64,000 nt of DNA from Promethearchaeota archaeon (lineage in GTDB: Archaea; Asgardarchaeota; Lokiarchaeia; Sigyniarchaeales; SOKP01), in NCBI GenBank assembly GCA_030599585.1, contig JAUVNS010000012.1:32001-96000 (forward strand). Direction: 5' to 3'. The notes below the pieces were generated by a model. It was not told the origin of the DNA. It made no database searches and saw nothing but the letters and a program-made list of their open reading frames with translations. Made by a program: the position numbers and the translations under genes. Positions within the stretch are counted from its first letter, which is position 1; each line of letters begins with the position of its first letter. This document shows, one piece after another, positions 8,371 to 17,611 of the stretch.

Positions 8371-8589
8371 AAAGCATCACTTAGAGAATTAATTGATTTA
8401 ATCTAAAATCGACTAGAATTATTATTTTATATTAGTTAATAAGTTTTTTTAATGTTAATATAAGTATTAAAAGTATTAAAATCGTCAAAACAGTCTTAAT
8501 AAGGCAACAAAATTCTAAAAAATCTAGAATAATTATTTTTTTTTCAATAAATTAAACTCTAAAGATTTTTAAAAGAAAATTTTGATATA

Positions 8590-9345
8590 TTGGTTATGAC
8601 ATATACGCCATTTAGTAACAATATTTTGCCAATATTCTTCTATTATCTTGGTCTTATCGTTTTCAGTATTGTAATGACAATATTGATGATTAAGAAATGG
8701 AGAGAGCGAAAAGTTAATCCGCCTCTTTATCTTTCAATTGTATTTGTTTTACTTACAATTGCCTTAATAACTCTTACGGTAGGTCTAGGTGAAGCGGTAT
8801 TTTCTGGTTTTTTTAAGGAAATCTACAGAATTTCTATACCCATTTCCTATAGCATGATACTAATAGCAGATATTTTCCTTTTTGTCTTTGCGAAAGTAAT
8901 TACTGGTAAAGGAAAAAAAGCTCTAGTACCACTAATAATATTTGCTCTCGTAATAATCTTTGTTTTATTCCTTCCTTGGAACTGGTGGGGGGTACCTCCT
9001 GAAGATTATGTGGGGCAATTAAATATTCGACTCTATACAACGCTTTCTGTCATTCTCTATTCCTACACTGTTTATATCTTCATTGCTGGATTTTGTAGAA
9101 AAGCAAGGAAACAAACAGAAGATGCTAAAGCAAAAGCGGGTTTAACGTTTTTGTTTTTATCCATGATGTCCATGATAGGCTTCTTTCTTATGTTTATAGC
9201 TGACACTTTACTTATTACTCTTACTGATCATCCTGGATATTCTGAATTTATTTATATTGCTTGGATCTTTGCGATTTTATTCTTTATTTTTACCTATCTG
9301 TCGTTGGTTATGCCAAAATGGCTGGTGGAAAGGATTGAGAAATAA
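8590..9345 (+). CDS. Polytopic membrane protein (about 7 TM helices), unknown function
   Basis: About seven hydrophobic segments separated by short charged loops. Confidence 0.7.
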   Translation: MVMTYTPFSNNILPIFFYYLGLIVFSIVMTILMIKKWRERKVNPPLYLSIVFVLLTIALITLTVGLGEAVFSGFFKEIYRISIPISYSMILIADIFLFVFAKVITGKGKKALVPLIIFALVIIFVLFLPWNWWGVPPEDYVGQLNIRLYTTLSVILYSYTVYIFIAGFCRKARKQTEDAKAKAGLTFLFLSMMSMIGFFLMFIADTLLITLTDHPGYSEFIYIAWIFAILFFIFTYLSLVMPKWLVERIEK

Positions 9346-9380
9346 TTTAGCAGAGAGTAAAATTAATTTTTTCTTTTTTT

Positions 9381-9920
9381 TTATTGAAGTTTAGATTGCG
9401 TAAGAATTTCCTCAACGATTCTTTCAACCGGTTTTTCAGTAGTATCGATGATGATCTCTGCTGCTGATTTATAATAAGGTTCTCTATAATGCAATAATTT
9501 TTCTATTTCTTTAAATGGTTCTTCTTTATTGATAATTGGCCTGTTTTCTTTTCCTTCACCCATTGCTCTCCTATATATTACTTCAGGAGTAGCAGTTAAT
9601 AAAACTATTTGGCATGTCTGTTTTAAAATTTCAATATTTTCTTGATTTAAAACAACTCCCCCACCACAAGATATAATCGATTTTTTTAATTGAGCTGCTT
9701 GTTTACACGCCTCACGCTCGTATTCTCTGAACAAAGCTTCTCCGTCTTCAGAAAATATTTTTGGGATTGATTTACCAGCCATCTTCACGATTAAGAGATC
9801 GGTTTCTATAAAAGTATAATTCTCTCCTAAATGTTCCTTCAATGCTTTTCCTACAACAGATTTACCTGTAGCCATAAACCCAATTAAAGCAATAGATTCC
9901 TTAGGCATCCATTCAAACAC
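9381..9920 (-). CDS. aroK: Shikimate kinase (AroK/NMP-kinase type)
   Basis: GFMATGKS, GEALFREYE, SCGGGVV, RP and R.P.Y motifs. Confidence 0.93.
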   Translation of the reverse strand: MFEWMPKESIALIGFMATGKSVVGKALKEHLGENYTFIETDLLIVKMAGKSIPKIFSEDGEALFREYEREACKQAAQLKKSIISCGGGVVLNQENIEILKQTCQIVLLTATPEVIYRRAMGEGKENRPIINKEEPFKEIEKLLHYREPYYKSAAEIIIDTTEKPVERIVEEILTQSKLQ

Positions 9921-9969
9921 TATTCTATTTATATTAACTTCATTTAAAAGAAAAAAAGAATATTAAAAG

Positions 9970-10524
9970 TTATTTCATCGAAAAACCGTGCGTTTCCAAT
10001 ACGCGATTCTCTAAACCGATATAATTTCCGTTTAAATAGGCAAAACAATTAAATTTTTCAGGATCTAATTTCCCATTTGTAACTAATTTCTCATCAGAAT
10101 GAGTTGCGACTACTTCACCAAAGTAACAAACATGAGAACCAAGCTCAACTCTTTTTATGACTTTGCATTCCATGTTCCATGGAAACTCTTTCACCATCGG
10201 GACTTTAACCAGTGCTCCTTGTTCTTTGGTTAGATTCAATTCCTTCCATTTATTCACATCCCTTCCCGACTTCGTCCCACAGTAATCCATTTCTTTCAAT
10301 TGGTCTTTTGTAGGGTAATTAATGACAAATTCTCCATGTTTTTCGATTAATCCATAGGAATGCCTCATTGGTCGCATTGATATTGCGATGATGGGAGGTT
10401 TTGCGCATACTTTACCTACATAAGCGAGAGTGATTAAGTTCGCTTCTTCACCAATTCCTACCGATATAACTGCTGCGGGCATTGGGAACATCGATATTCC
10501 AGTGTTAAGATCAATCTTTTTCAT
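9970..10524 (-). CDS. Flavin reductase family (flavoredoxin-like) protein
   Basis: FPMPAAVIS, GEFVIN, CGTKSGRDVNK, ECKV...LGSH..YFGEV. Confidence 0.9.
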   Translation of the reverse strand: MKKIDLNTGISMFPMPAAVISVGIGEEANLITLAYVGKVCAKPPIIAISMRPMRHSYGLIEKHGEFVINYPTKDQLKEMDYCGTKSGRDVNKWKELNLTKEQGALVKVPMVKEFPWNMECKVIKRVELGSHVCYFGEVVATHSDEKLVTNGKLDPEKFNCFAYLNGNYIGLENRVLETHGFSMK

Positions 10525-10632
10525 TTCTTAAATCCATCCTTTTGTAGTATTCTTCGGTTAGCTAATTAATTATATATTAATTTTATTCTTAAACATATTA
10601 ATAGTTTTAAATTTAATAATTGTTGTAATAAT

Positions 10633-11505
10633 ATGCTGAATAACCCGTATATAGGAGCACGTACTAATATTCTATGCGTAATTGGGCATCCCATCGAGCA
10701 TAGTATGAGTCCAATAATGCATAATGCGGCACTTAATGAACTGTCCTTAGATTACGTTTATTTAGCTTTTGATGTAACCCCTACTGATCTAGAAAAAGCA
10801 GTATTAGGGTTTAAAAAAAGTAATATCAAGGGTATAAATGTCACAATTCCTCATAAAGAAGCAATAATCCAATATTTAGACGAACTTGATCCTCTTTCAA
10901 AACAAATTGGAGCAGTTAATACCATTAAAAATGAAGGGAGTGTGCTACTAGGAAGAAATACAGACGCACTTGGAGCTAAACAAGCATTATTAGACGCTGG
11001 ATTCAAAATCGATGGGAAAAAAGCATTAATATTGGGCGCAGGTGGGGCTGCTAGAGCAATTAGTTTTGCGTTATCTGAAAAAATTGACGAAATATTTATC
11101 AGTAATAGAACGGAAGAGAGAGCAATTAAGCTAGCTAAAGAATTACAAGACAAGACAAAGATAAAAGCTACAGGTAAGGACATGAGCGAAAAGACTCTAA
11201 GAACTCTAGCATATTCTGTTGATATACTCATAAACACAACTCCGATTGGGATGTATCCCAAGATTGATATATCACCAATATCTAGAGATTTACTCAATGA
11301 AAACTTATTTATTTTTGATATCATATACAACCCTCTTCAGACTCGATTACTAAAGGATGCGAAAGAAATCGGTTCTAAAACCCTAAACGGGTTAGATATG
11401 TTTATTAATCAAGGAGCTTTAGCATTTGAGTGGTGGACAGGTAAAAAACCGAACGTTAAATTAATGAAAGAAAAAATTATTGAACAATTAGGTAATAAAC
11501 AATGA
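10633..11505 (+). CDS. aroE: Shikimate dehydrogenase
   Basis: GHPIEHSMSP..HN, NVTIPHK, GAVNT, NTD, GAGGAA, NRT, DIIYNP. Confidence 0.96.
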   Translation: MLNNPYIGARTNILCVIGHPIEHSMSPIMHNAALNELSLDYVYLAFDVTPTDLEKAVLGFKKSNIKGINVTIPHKEAIIQYLDELDPLSKQIGAVNTIKNEGSVLLGRNTDALGAKQALLDAGFKIDGKKALILGAGGAARAISFALSEKIDEIFISNRTEERAIKLAKELQDKTKIKATGKDMSEKTLRTLAYSVDILINTTPIGMYPKIDISPISRDLLNENLFIFDIIYNPLQTRLLKDAKEIGSKTLNGLDMFINQGALAFEWWTGKKPNVKLMKEKIIEQLGNKQ

Positions 11506-12404
11506 CGCAAAAAAAAATCACAATTATTGGTGGTTCAGGTGGTATGGGTAAGGTTTTTGGAAGATACTTTAAACGCCATGGTTTTGAGGTAACAATATAT
11601 GCTCGAAATAAGGAAAGATTGAAGGCTGTAGCTACTGAAGTAGGTGTATATTATGAATTCTCCCTTGAAAAGAGCGTAAAACAAGCCGATATTGTAATGG
11701 TAACTATTCCAATTAAGTCTACTCCAGATATGATTAAAAAAATTGGACCCTATTTGAAGGAAAATGCCTTAATCTTTGATATTACATCAATTAAGAAAGC
11801 AGTATTCGAAGCCTTAGAAGATTTAAAAAATACATTTCCTGTAAATTGCATTTCGTTGCATCCTATGTTTGGTCCTGGAATTAAGGACATGAAAAATTAT
11901 GTTATAATAGTGCTAAAAATAGGAGGAACTGACAAATACGACGTAATCATAAATAATCTCTTAGATATGTTCAGATCAGATGGATTGATCATAACCGAAA
12001 CTTCCCCAGATATTCACGATAAAAGGGTAGCCCTTACCTTAGGCGTGCCACATATGTTGAACATTCTATTTTTAAATCTCCTTAAGAACGCAAATGAACC
12101 ACTGAACGAATTAACTAAATATACTGGAACGACTTTCTTACTTCAAAAAGTATTTGCTGAGAGTATTATCCAGAGAGAAATGGAAATGTTTGGGGAGATT
12201 CAGATGGAAAATCAACAATTTCTTACAATTTTAGAAATGTTTGAAAAATTATTGAAAAAATATAGGAAATCAATCGAAAATAAAGACATGAAAGGCTTTA
12301 ACGAAATATTTTCGCAAGGATTAGATTATTCCAAAGAAGATAATCATTTTGAGAATTCTTATAAGTATTTTTATGAATTTATGAAGATTTTAAAAGGAAA
12401 ATAG
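11502..12404 (+). CDS. tyrA: Prephenate dehydrogenase
   Basis: IIGGSGGMG, DITSIK, HPMFGP, HD...A...GVPH. Confidence 0.9.
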   Translation: MTQKKITIIGGSGGMGKVFGRYFKRHGFEVTIYARNKERLKAVATEVGVYYEFSLEKSVKQADIVMVTIPIKSTPDMIKKIGPYLKENALIFDITSIKKAVFEALEDLKNTFPVNCISLHPMFGPGIKDMKNYVIIVLKIGGTDKYDVIINNLLDMFRSDGLIITETSPDIHDKRVALTLGVPHMLNILFLNLLKNANEPLNELTKYTGTTFLLQKVFAESIIQREMEMFGEIQMENQQFLTILEMFEKLLKKYRKSIENKDMKGFNEIFSQGLDYSKEDNHFENSYKYFYEFMKILKGK

Positions 12405-12427
12405 AAATAGAAAAAATAGAAATAATT

Positions 12428-12805
12428 TTAGTTAATTTTAGTTCCACAGAATGCGCAAAATTTCAATCCTTCTCTCTCGCCGATTTTCACGCCACAATTA
12501 GAGCAAAATTTCGACTCTTCAGCAATTTGAGCATTAATTTCCACGTAATTCTCTGTTTCTTTATGGTTATCAATCTGCGATGTTTTGATATTAAGAACGC
12601 TATCATTTTGATTATTAGAGATAGGTTGGCAAATCGATTTACAATGGACGCAACGATTTGGTTCTTTACCGTAGTAGATTGCGAGATAGATAAGAACGAA
12701 AAATCCTGCTGATAAGATACATAATATGATTATTAAACATAAATTTATATCCTCTCTTACTGTGAGAACATTCGTTTTACAATTCGGACAATATTTAGAT
12801 GCCAT
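12428..12805 (-). CDS. LITAF-like zinc-ribbon membrane protein with C-terminal double Zn-ribbon
   Basis: CPNC, a hydrophobic stretch, then CVHC; C-terminal CSNCG...CAFCG. Confidence 0.7.
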   Translation of the reverse strand: MASKYCPNCKTNVLTVREDINLCLIIILCILSAGFFVLIYLAIYYGKEPNRCVHCKSICQPISNNQNDSVLNIKTSQIDNHKETENYVEINAQIAEESKFCSNCGVKIGEREGLKFCAFCGTKIN

Positions 12806-12974
12806 ATACTTTACCTTTTCAATGCTTTTCGTATAAAAATCTTAATACTTAATTAAAACATAAATTTGATAAATTATAAAAAATCTGGAGTCCAGTTTTT
12901 AGACAATTGTTTAGAGACAAAAATATTTCGAAAATAAAAATCGTGGAGTTAAAAATAACTAAGTTGAAAAATAA

Positions 12975-13223
12975 ATAAATGAATCTTGTAGTGAGGGTTC
13001 AACCACGGAAAATTTAACATCCTTTCAAGTTTATAGCACAGGAAATTTTGGTGTACTTAATATCTTGGTTGATAAGATATGGGTAAACAATAACAGAATT
13101 TATTTTAGAGTAAGAAAAATAATTACAAGTAAAAAAAATTACTTAAAAAAGGAAAAGTATCCCAATATTTATTCTATTCATCAAGAGGATGTATTTAGCA
13201 TAAGATGCAGATTATACCTATGA
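12975..13223 (+). CDS. Putative small protein (82 aa from an ATA start, or 52 aa from an internal TTG)
   Basis: Stop-free frame of 83 codons in an AT-rich gap: INESCSEGSTTENLTSFQVYSTGNFGVLNILVDKIWVNNNRIYFRVRK...IYSIHQEDVFSIRCRLYL. An in-frame TAA lies immediately before the ATA. Confidence 0.45.
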   Translation: MNESCSEGSTTENLTSFQVYSTGNFGVLNILVDKIWVNNNRIYFRVRKIITSKKNYLKKEKYPNIYSIHQEDVFSIRCRLYL

Positions 13224-13234
13224 AAATCTATATC

Positions 13235-13621
13235 CTAAACTTTTGATCCACAATGGGCACAAAACTTTGCGAGTTCGTTTAGTAGTGTCTCGCCACAATA
13301 TGAGCAATACTTAAGTTTTGAAGTTTCGTTGGCCTTAACCTTTATATCACTGTTAATATCGTTATAATGTGTTTTTTGATTTTCGGCTTGAACATAAGTT
13401 GACGCTTGAACACCAAGTTCTGATTTCAACGATATTTGAGCGTGACAGTGAATACAACGGCTTTCAGGTTTATTATAATATATTACTAAATATATTATTA
13501 ACCCGATTCCCCCGGTAAAGATCAGAAGAATTATTATAAGCGGCCAATTTAAAGCCTCTCTTACTAACAACACATTTTGGTTGCAATTAGGGCAATATCC
13601 TACACGATTTCTTGTTGACAT
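13235..13621 (-). CDS. LITAF-like zinc-ribbon membrane protein (paralog of 12428..12805)
   Basis: CPNC, a hydrophobic hairpin with GGIG, then CIHC; C-terminal CSYCG...CAHCG. Confidence 0.7.
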   Translation of the reverse strand: MSTRNRVGYCPNCNQNVLLVREALNWPLIIILLIFTGGIGLIIYLVIYYNKPESRCIHCHAQISLKSELGVQASTYVQAENQKTHYNDINSDIKVKANETSKLKYCSYCGETLLNELAKFCAHCGSKV

Positions 13622-13874
13622 TATTTATCTTCAATAGTTCTTAAACTTAAAATTTTTAAAGATATATAAGATAATGTAAAAAATAACCACTTTAAAATTT
13701 TTACCGCTGATATCTTTAAATTCTAAAAAGTTGTTAAATAGTATAATTCTGGCAAAACAATTTGATAAAACTTCTTAACAACCTAAAACTTAGAATTGTT
13801 ACGCTACGTATTATATAATGTAAAATAGACATATTTTTACAATTAATTTTTATAGATTCAAATAATAGAAATAC

Positions 13875-14504
13875 ATGATAAAAACTATGCAACAAACATT
13901 ATTTATCGTCCTCGACGGAATTGACGGCGCAGGAACTACGACTCACAGCAAATTATTAGCAGGATTTTTATCCTTAAAAGGGTTAAAAACTTATTTAACT
14001 CGAGAACCCTCAAGTAGCGAAATTGGGAAGTTATTAAGAATATATTTAAAAGACGAAAGAATTCCTGCATCTACTGATGCTCTGCTATTTGCTGCCGATA
14101 GAGTTCTCCATTATAAAAACGAAATAAAAAAAAAATTAGAAGAGGGCTATATAGTAATATCGGATAGATATATAGAATCCTCGATTGCTTACCAATCAAG
14201 TCAATCCGATGAAATTACCATCGAATGGATAGAAAATTTAAATCTGTTTGCTGGTGAACCAGATCTTACAATAATATTGGATATAGATCCAAAAATTTCA
14301 TTATCAAGAAAAAATCAAGAATTTTTAGAGAAATTCGAAGACACTTCATTACTAGATAAAGTAAGACAAGTATACCTTACCCGTGCTGAAAAATTAGGAT
14401 ATTCAATAATAAATACCAACAATATTATCGAATTAGTCCAAACTGAGATTCAAGAAGTCGTTCTGAATAAATTAAAAGAAAAAGGAATTGGTATTAAAAA
14501 ATAA
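13875..14504 (+). CDS. tmk: Thymidylate kinase
   Basis: DGIDGAGTTT, TREP, LLFAADR, SDRY..SS.AYQ, PDLTIILD. Confidence 0.95.
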   Translation: MIKTMQQTLFIVLDGIDGAGTTTHSKLLAGFLSLKGLKTYLTREPSSSEIGKLLRIYLKDERIPASTDALLFAADRVLHYKNEIKKKLEEGYIVISDRYIESSIAYQSSQSDEITIEWIENLNLFAGEPDLTIILDIDPKISLSRKNQEFLEKFEDTSLLDKVRQVYLTRAEKLGYSIINTNNIIELVQTEIQEVVLNKLKEKGIGIKK

Positions 14505-14513
14505 AGAAATTGA

Positions 14514-15791
14514 GTGCGAAATGAAATGAGTTATACAATCGCTGAAAAGGTTTTAAAAGAGCATTCAAATCTTAAAGAAATTTCTCCTGGACAATTTGTA
14601 GATTGCGATATTGATATGATAATGGTACACGAACAATTGGGTGGTAGAATTCATCTGGAATATGATAAACTTGGAATAGACTATATCTGGGATCCGGACA
14701 AGGTTTTTTTTATATTAGATCATTGGGTACCTCCTCCAACGATTTCCTCAGCTCAAATGCACCAGGACGCAAGAAAATTTGCTGAAAAATATAAAATCAC
14801 TCATAATTATGGATACCAGCAAGATAAAGGAATATGTCATCAAGTATTACCTGAAATGGGTTTTGCAAGACCAGGTATGTTAATTGTTGGTTCTGATAGT
14901 CATACGACAACCTATGGGGCTTTTAACTGTCTTTCAACAGGGATAGGTGCTACCGATGTTTCTGTGGTGTTTGCCACCGGTAAATTGTGGTTTAAAGTTC
15001 CTGAATCAATCAAGATTAATTTGCATGGACACTTTGAAAAAGGAATAATGGCTAAAGATTTTATATTGTCACTGATCGGAGATATCTCCACTAAAGGAGC
15101 CTTATATAAATCCTTGGAATTTCATGGAGATGGCGCTAAAAATCTATCAATAGATTCGAGAATGACAATCACTAATATGGTTGTAGAAGCTGGTGCTAAA
15201 TTCGGGATTTTTCTCCCAGACGATAGGTTGAAAGAATGGTTAGCAAAGCGAACAAGTAAACAATATAGGAATGTTGTTCCGGACGAAAAAGCAGAATATC
15301 AACAAGAATTAAGTTACGAATTATCAGAAATTACTCCTACGGTTGCAAAACCCTCCAACCCAGGAAATATAGCTAAAGTTGAAGAAGTTGAGGGGACTGA
15401 AATAGATCAAGCTTTTTTAGGAAGTTGTACTAATGGTAGAATAGAAGATTTAAGAATAGCAGCCAAAATTTTAGAGGGAAACAAAATTCACCCTAAGGTT
15501 CGAATGATAGTAACTCCTGCCTCAAAAGAAATTTACTTACAAGCTTTAAAAGAGGGATTATTAGAAATTTTTTTACGCGCTAATGCTATAGTTACTAATT
15601 CGACTTGTGGTGCGTGTATTGGGGGCCACTTAGGGGTTTTAGGTCCTAATGAAGTATGTATTAGTAGCACAAATCGTAATTTTAAAGGTAGAATGGGGGA
15701 TCCAACTTCAGAAATTTATTTGGCATCACCAGCTACAGTTGCTGCATCAGCAATAAATGGTAGCATAAAAGATCCACGGGGGGTGATCTGA
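14514..15791 (+). CDS. leuC: 3-isopropylmalate dehydratase/homoaconitase large subunit
   Basis: GICHQV, GSDSHT, GSCTNGR, CGACIG, STNRNF.GR motifs. Substrate specificity (LeuC vs HacA) is unresolved. Confidence 0.88.
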   Translation: MRNEMSYTIAEKVLKEHSNLKEISPGQFVDCDIDMIMVHEQLGGRIHLEYDKLGIDYIWDPDKVFFILDHWVPPPTISSAQMHQDARKFAEKYKITHNYGYQQDKGICHQVLPEMGFARPGMLIVGSDSHTTTYGAFNCLSTGIGATDVSVVFATGKLWFKVPESIKINLHGHFEKGIMAKDFILSLIGDISTKGALYKSLEFHGDGAKNLSIDSRMTITNMVVEAGAKFGIFLPDDRLKEWLAKRTSKQYRNVVPDEKAEYQQELSYELSEITPTVAKPSNPGNIAKVEEVEGTEIDQAFLGSCTNGRIEDLRIAAKILEGNKIHPKVRMIVTPASKEIYLQALKEGLLEIFLRANAIVTNSTCGACIGGHLGVLGPNEVCISSTNRNFKGRMGDPTSEIYLASPATVAASAINGSIKDPRGVI

Positions 15792-15793
15792 TT

Positions 15794-16285
15794 ATGGATC
15801 TAATAAAAGGGTATGCGTATATTCTAGGTGATGACATTAGCACTGACGATATCGTTCCAAGTCATACTCTGACGATGAGAGATTCTAATGACATGGTTAA
15901 ACACACCTTAGAATTCTTAGACCCGCATTTTTCCAAAAATGTTGACAAAGGAAATATCATTTTCGCAGGAGAAAACTTTGGAACGGGTAGTTCCCGCGAA
16001 GAAGCTGTCCATGTCTTTAAACTTTTGGGTATTAAGGCTGTTGTTGCTCGATCTTTTGCTAGAATATATTTTAGAAATCTTATAAATAGCGGTATACCAG
16101 CTATTAGTTTGAAATGGAACTTAAACCAGTTTGTTAAAGAGGATGTCATAGAAATTTTATTGCTAAAAGGACTTATTATTAACAAATCACAAAATACCAC
16201 TCTTAACTTTGAAAAAATTCCAGAATTTTTAATGGATATATTGGAGAACGATGGTGTAATTAACCAACTAAAAAAAATCCTTTAA
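15794..16285 (+). CDS. leuD: 3-isopropylmalate dehydratase/homoaconitase small subunit
   Basis: DDISTDDI.P, NFGTGSSREEA, SFARIYFRN.IN.G. Confidence 0.9.
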   Translation: MDLIKGYAYILGDDISTDDIVPSHTLTMRDSNDMVKHTLEFLDPHFSKNVDKGNIIFAGENFGTGSSREEAVHVFKLLGIKAVVARSFARIYFRNLINSGIPAISLKWNLNQFVKEDVIEILLLKGLIINKSQNTTLNFEKIPEFLMDILENDGVINQLKKIL

Positions 16286-16291
16286 TAACCA

Positions 16292-16828
16292 CTATTTTGT
16301 TAGATTTTCTATTTCTTTTTGAATAGTAGCAATTCTTTCTTTAGCTTTAATAAGTATCTGAGTCTTTCCATATTTGGAAAACCACTTTTCAAACCTCTGT
16401 TCTATCGAAACATCCTTTGTACCAGATATATGTTTATCAGCAAGACAAATGATCTTTTCTTCAAGAGTTAATGGCATGTAATCTCTTTCAGGTAACCCTA
16501 CTTGTTTGGCATCTTCTTTATCTAATCCTCCTAACATGTGAGTCTCGCAAATTCTCGCAAGACGCTTTGAAAAACCTCTTTCTTTTAGGATATTAGCTCC
16601 AATTATACCATGCTTGAAATCATGAGTTTTAGATCTACCAATATCGTGCAATATTCCTCCAATTTCAATTAAATCTTTATCAATGTCTTTATCATCTATT
16701 TTATCTGCTATTTCTAACGCTTTTTCCGCAACCTTTAACGAATGACGCCTTACATGATAGGAAACTTTTAATATTTTTAACAAATCAAAAGCAAAATCGC
16801 TGTTAGGTAGAGTTTCTTCACTTGCCAT
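16292..16828 (-). CDS. HD-domain (HDIG) phosphohydrolase
   Basis: H...V, LHDIGRS, H...G, EEKII.LADK. Confidence 0.9.
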   Translation of the reverse strand: MASEETLPNSDFAFDLLKILKVSYHVRRHSLKVAEKALEIADKIDDKDIDKDLIEIGGILHDIGRSKTHDFKHGIIGANILKERGFSKRLARICETHMLGGLDKEDAKQVGLPERDYMPLTLEEKIICLADKHISGTKDVSIEQRFEKWFSKYGKTQILIKAKERIATIQKEIENLTK

Positions 16829-16939
16829 TAATCTTTAAGAATTAATTATTTACTTTAAGGTTTAGTTATTCAATTGAGCGTTATATATAATTCGACAATT
16901 AAAAAATAGTATGGATGAATTCAAGAAAAATGATATTTT

Positions 16940-17434
16940 TTAGTAAACTTCTTCATACGGTCCGCTAATAAAACCTCCTAACAAACCTCCAATAACAGCT
17001 CCTAAAATAGCGCTTAAAATTCCACCAACTGTCACAAAAAGCTGAGCTCCTTGAAATAGAGCCATTAAATCTTCTCCAGAGATAACGCTTAATAACATCC
17101 AAATTAAAAATCCAATGATAATTACTAAGCTACTTGCGATAACACCTCTTTTTAAGCCTTTAGAAATAGTACCGCTCACATAACCGATAAAAATACAAGC
17201 TAAAACTTGTGGAGCAAAAAATTCTGTAATGGAGGGAGTTCCTGTAAAAAAAGCAAGTAAATCAAATTTAAAGTTCGCTCCTATTTGTAAAATGATTACT
17301 TTTAATATATCAGTTTGTAAATAAATCTGTATTTGAATAATAGTGGCTTCCATATTAAAAAAGAAAACTGTGAAAAAGCTAAACACTATACCAACAATTA
17401 TACCTAACACTAACCGATACGAAACCATTTTCAA
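16940..17434 (-). CDS. Membrane protein, unknown function
   Basis: Four hydrophobic Gly-rich segments. Confidence 0.65.
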   Translation of the reverse strand: MKMVSYRLVLGIIVGIVFSFFTVFFFNMEATIIQIQIYLQTDILKVIILQIGANFKFDLLAFFTGTPSITEFFAPQVLACIFIGYVSGTISKGLKRGVIASSLVIIIGFLIWMLLSVISGEDLMALFQGAQLFVTVGGILSAILGAVIGGLLGGFISGPYEEVY

Positions 17435-17611
17435 TTACCATATTAGAATTATTAGAGACTAATAATAATCTTAATAATTGTGATGTATTAAATCTTTAGT
17501 TATAAGAGAATTAAAGGAATGCTTTTAATAAAATATTAAAATTATGACGTTTTATTTAATTTATCACGATTATATTTGATATACTAAATCGCTTACTTTA
17601 GGTTATTTATT

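Noticed and set aside
12876-12900. Short inverted repeat CTGGA-G-TCCAG flanked by A and T runs
   Set aside because: Too short and single-copy to call a terminator, operator or MITE.
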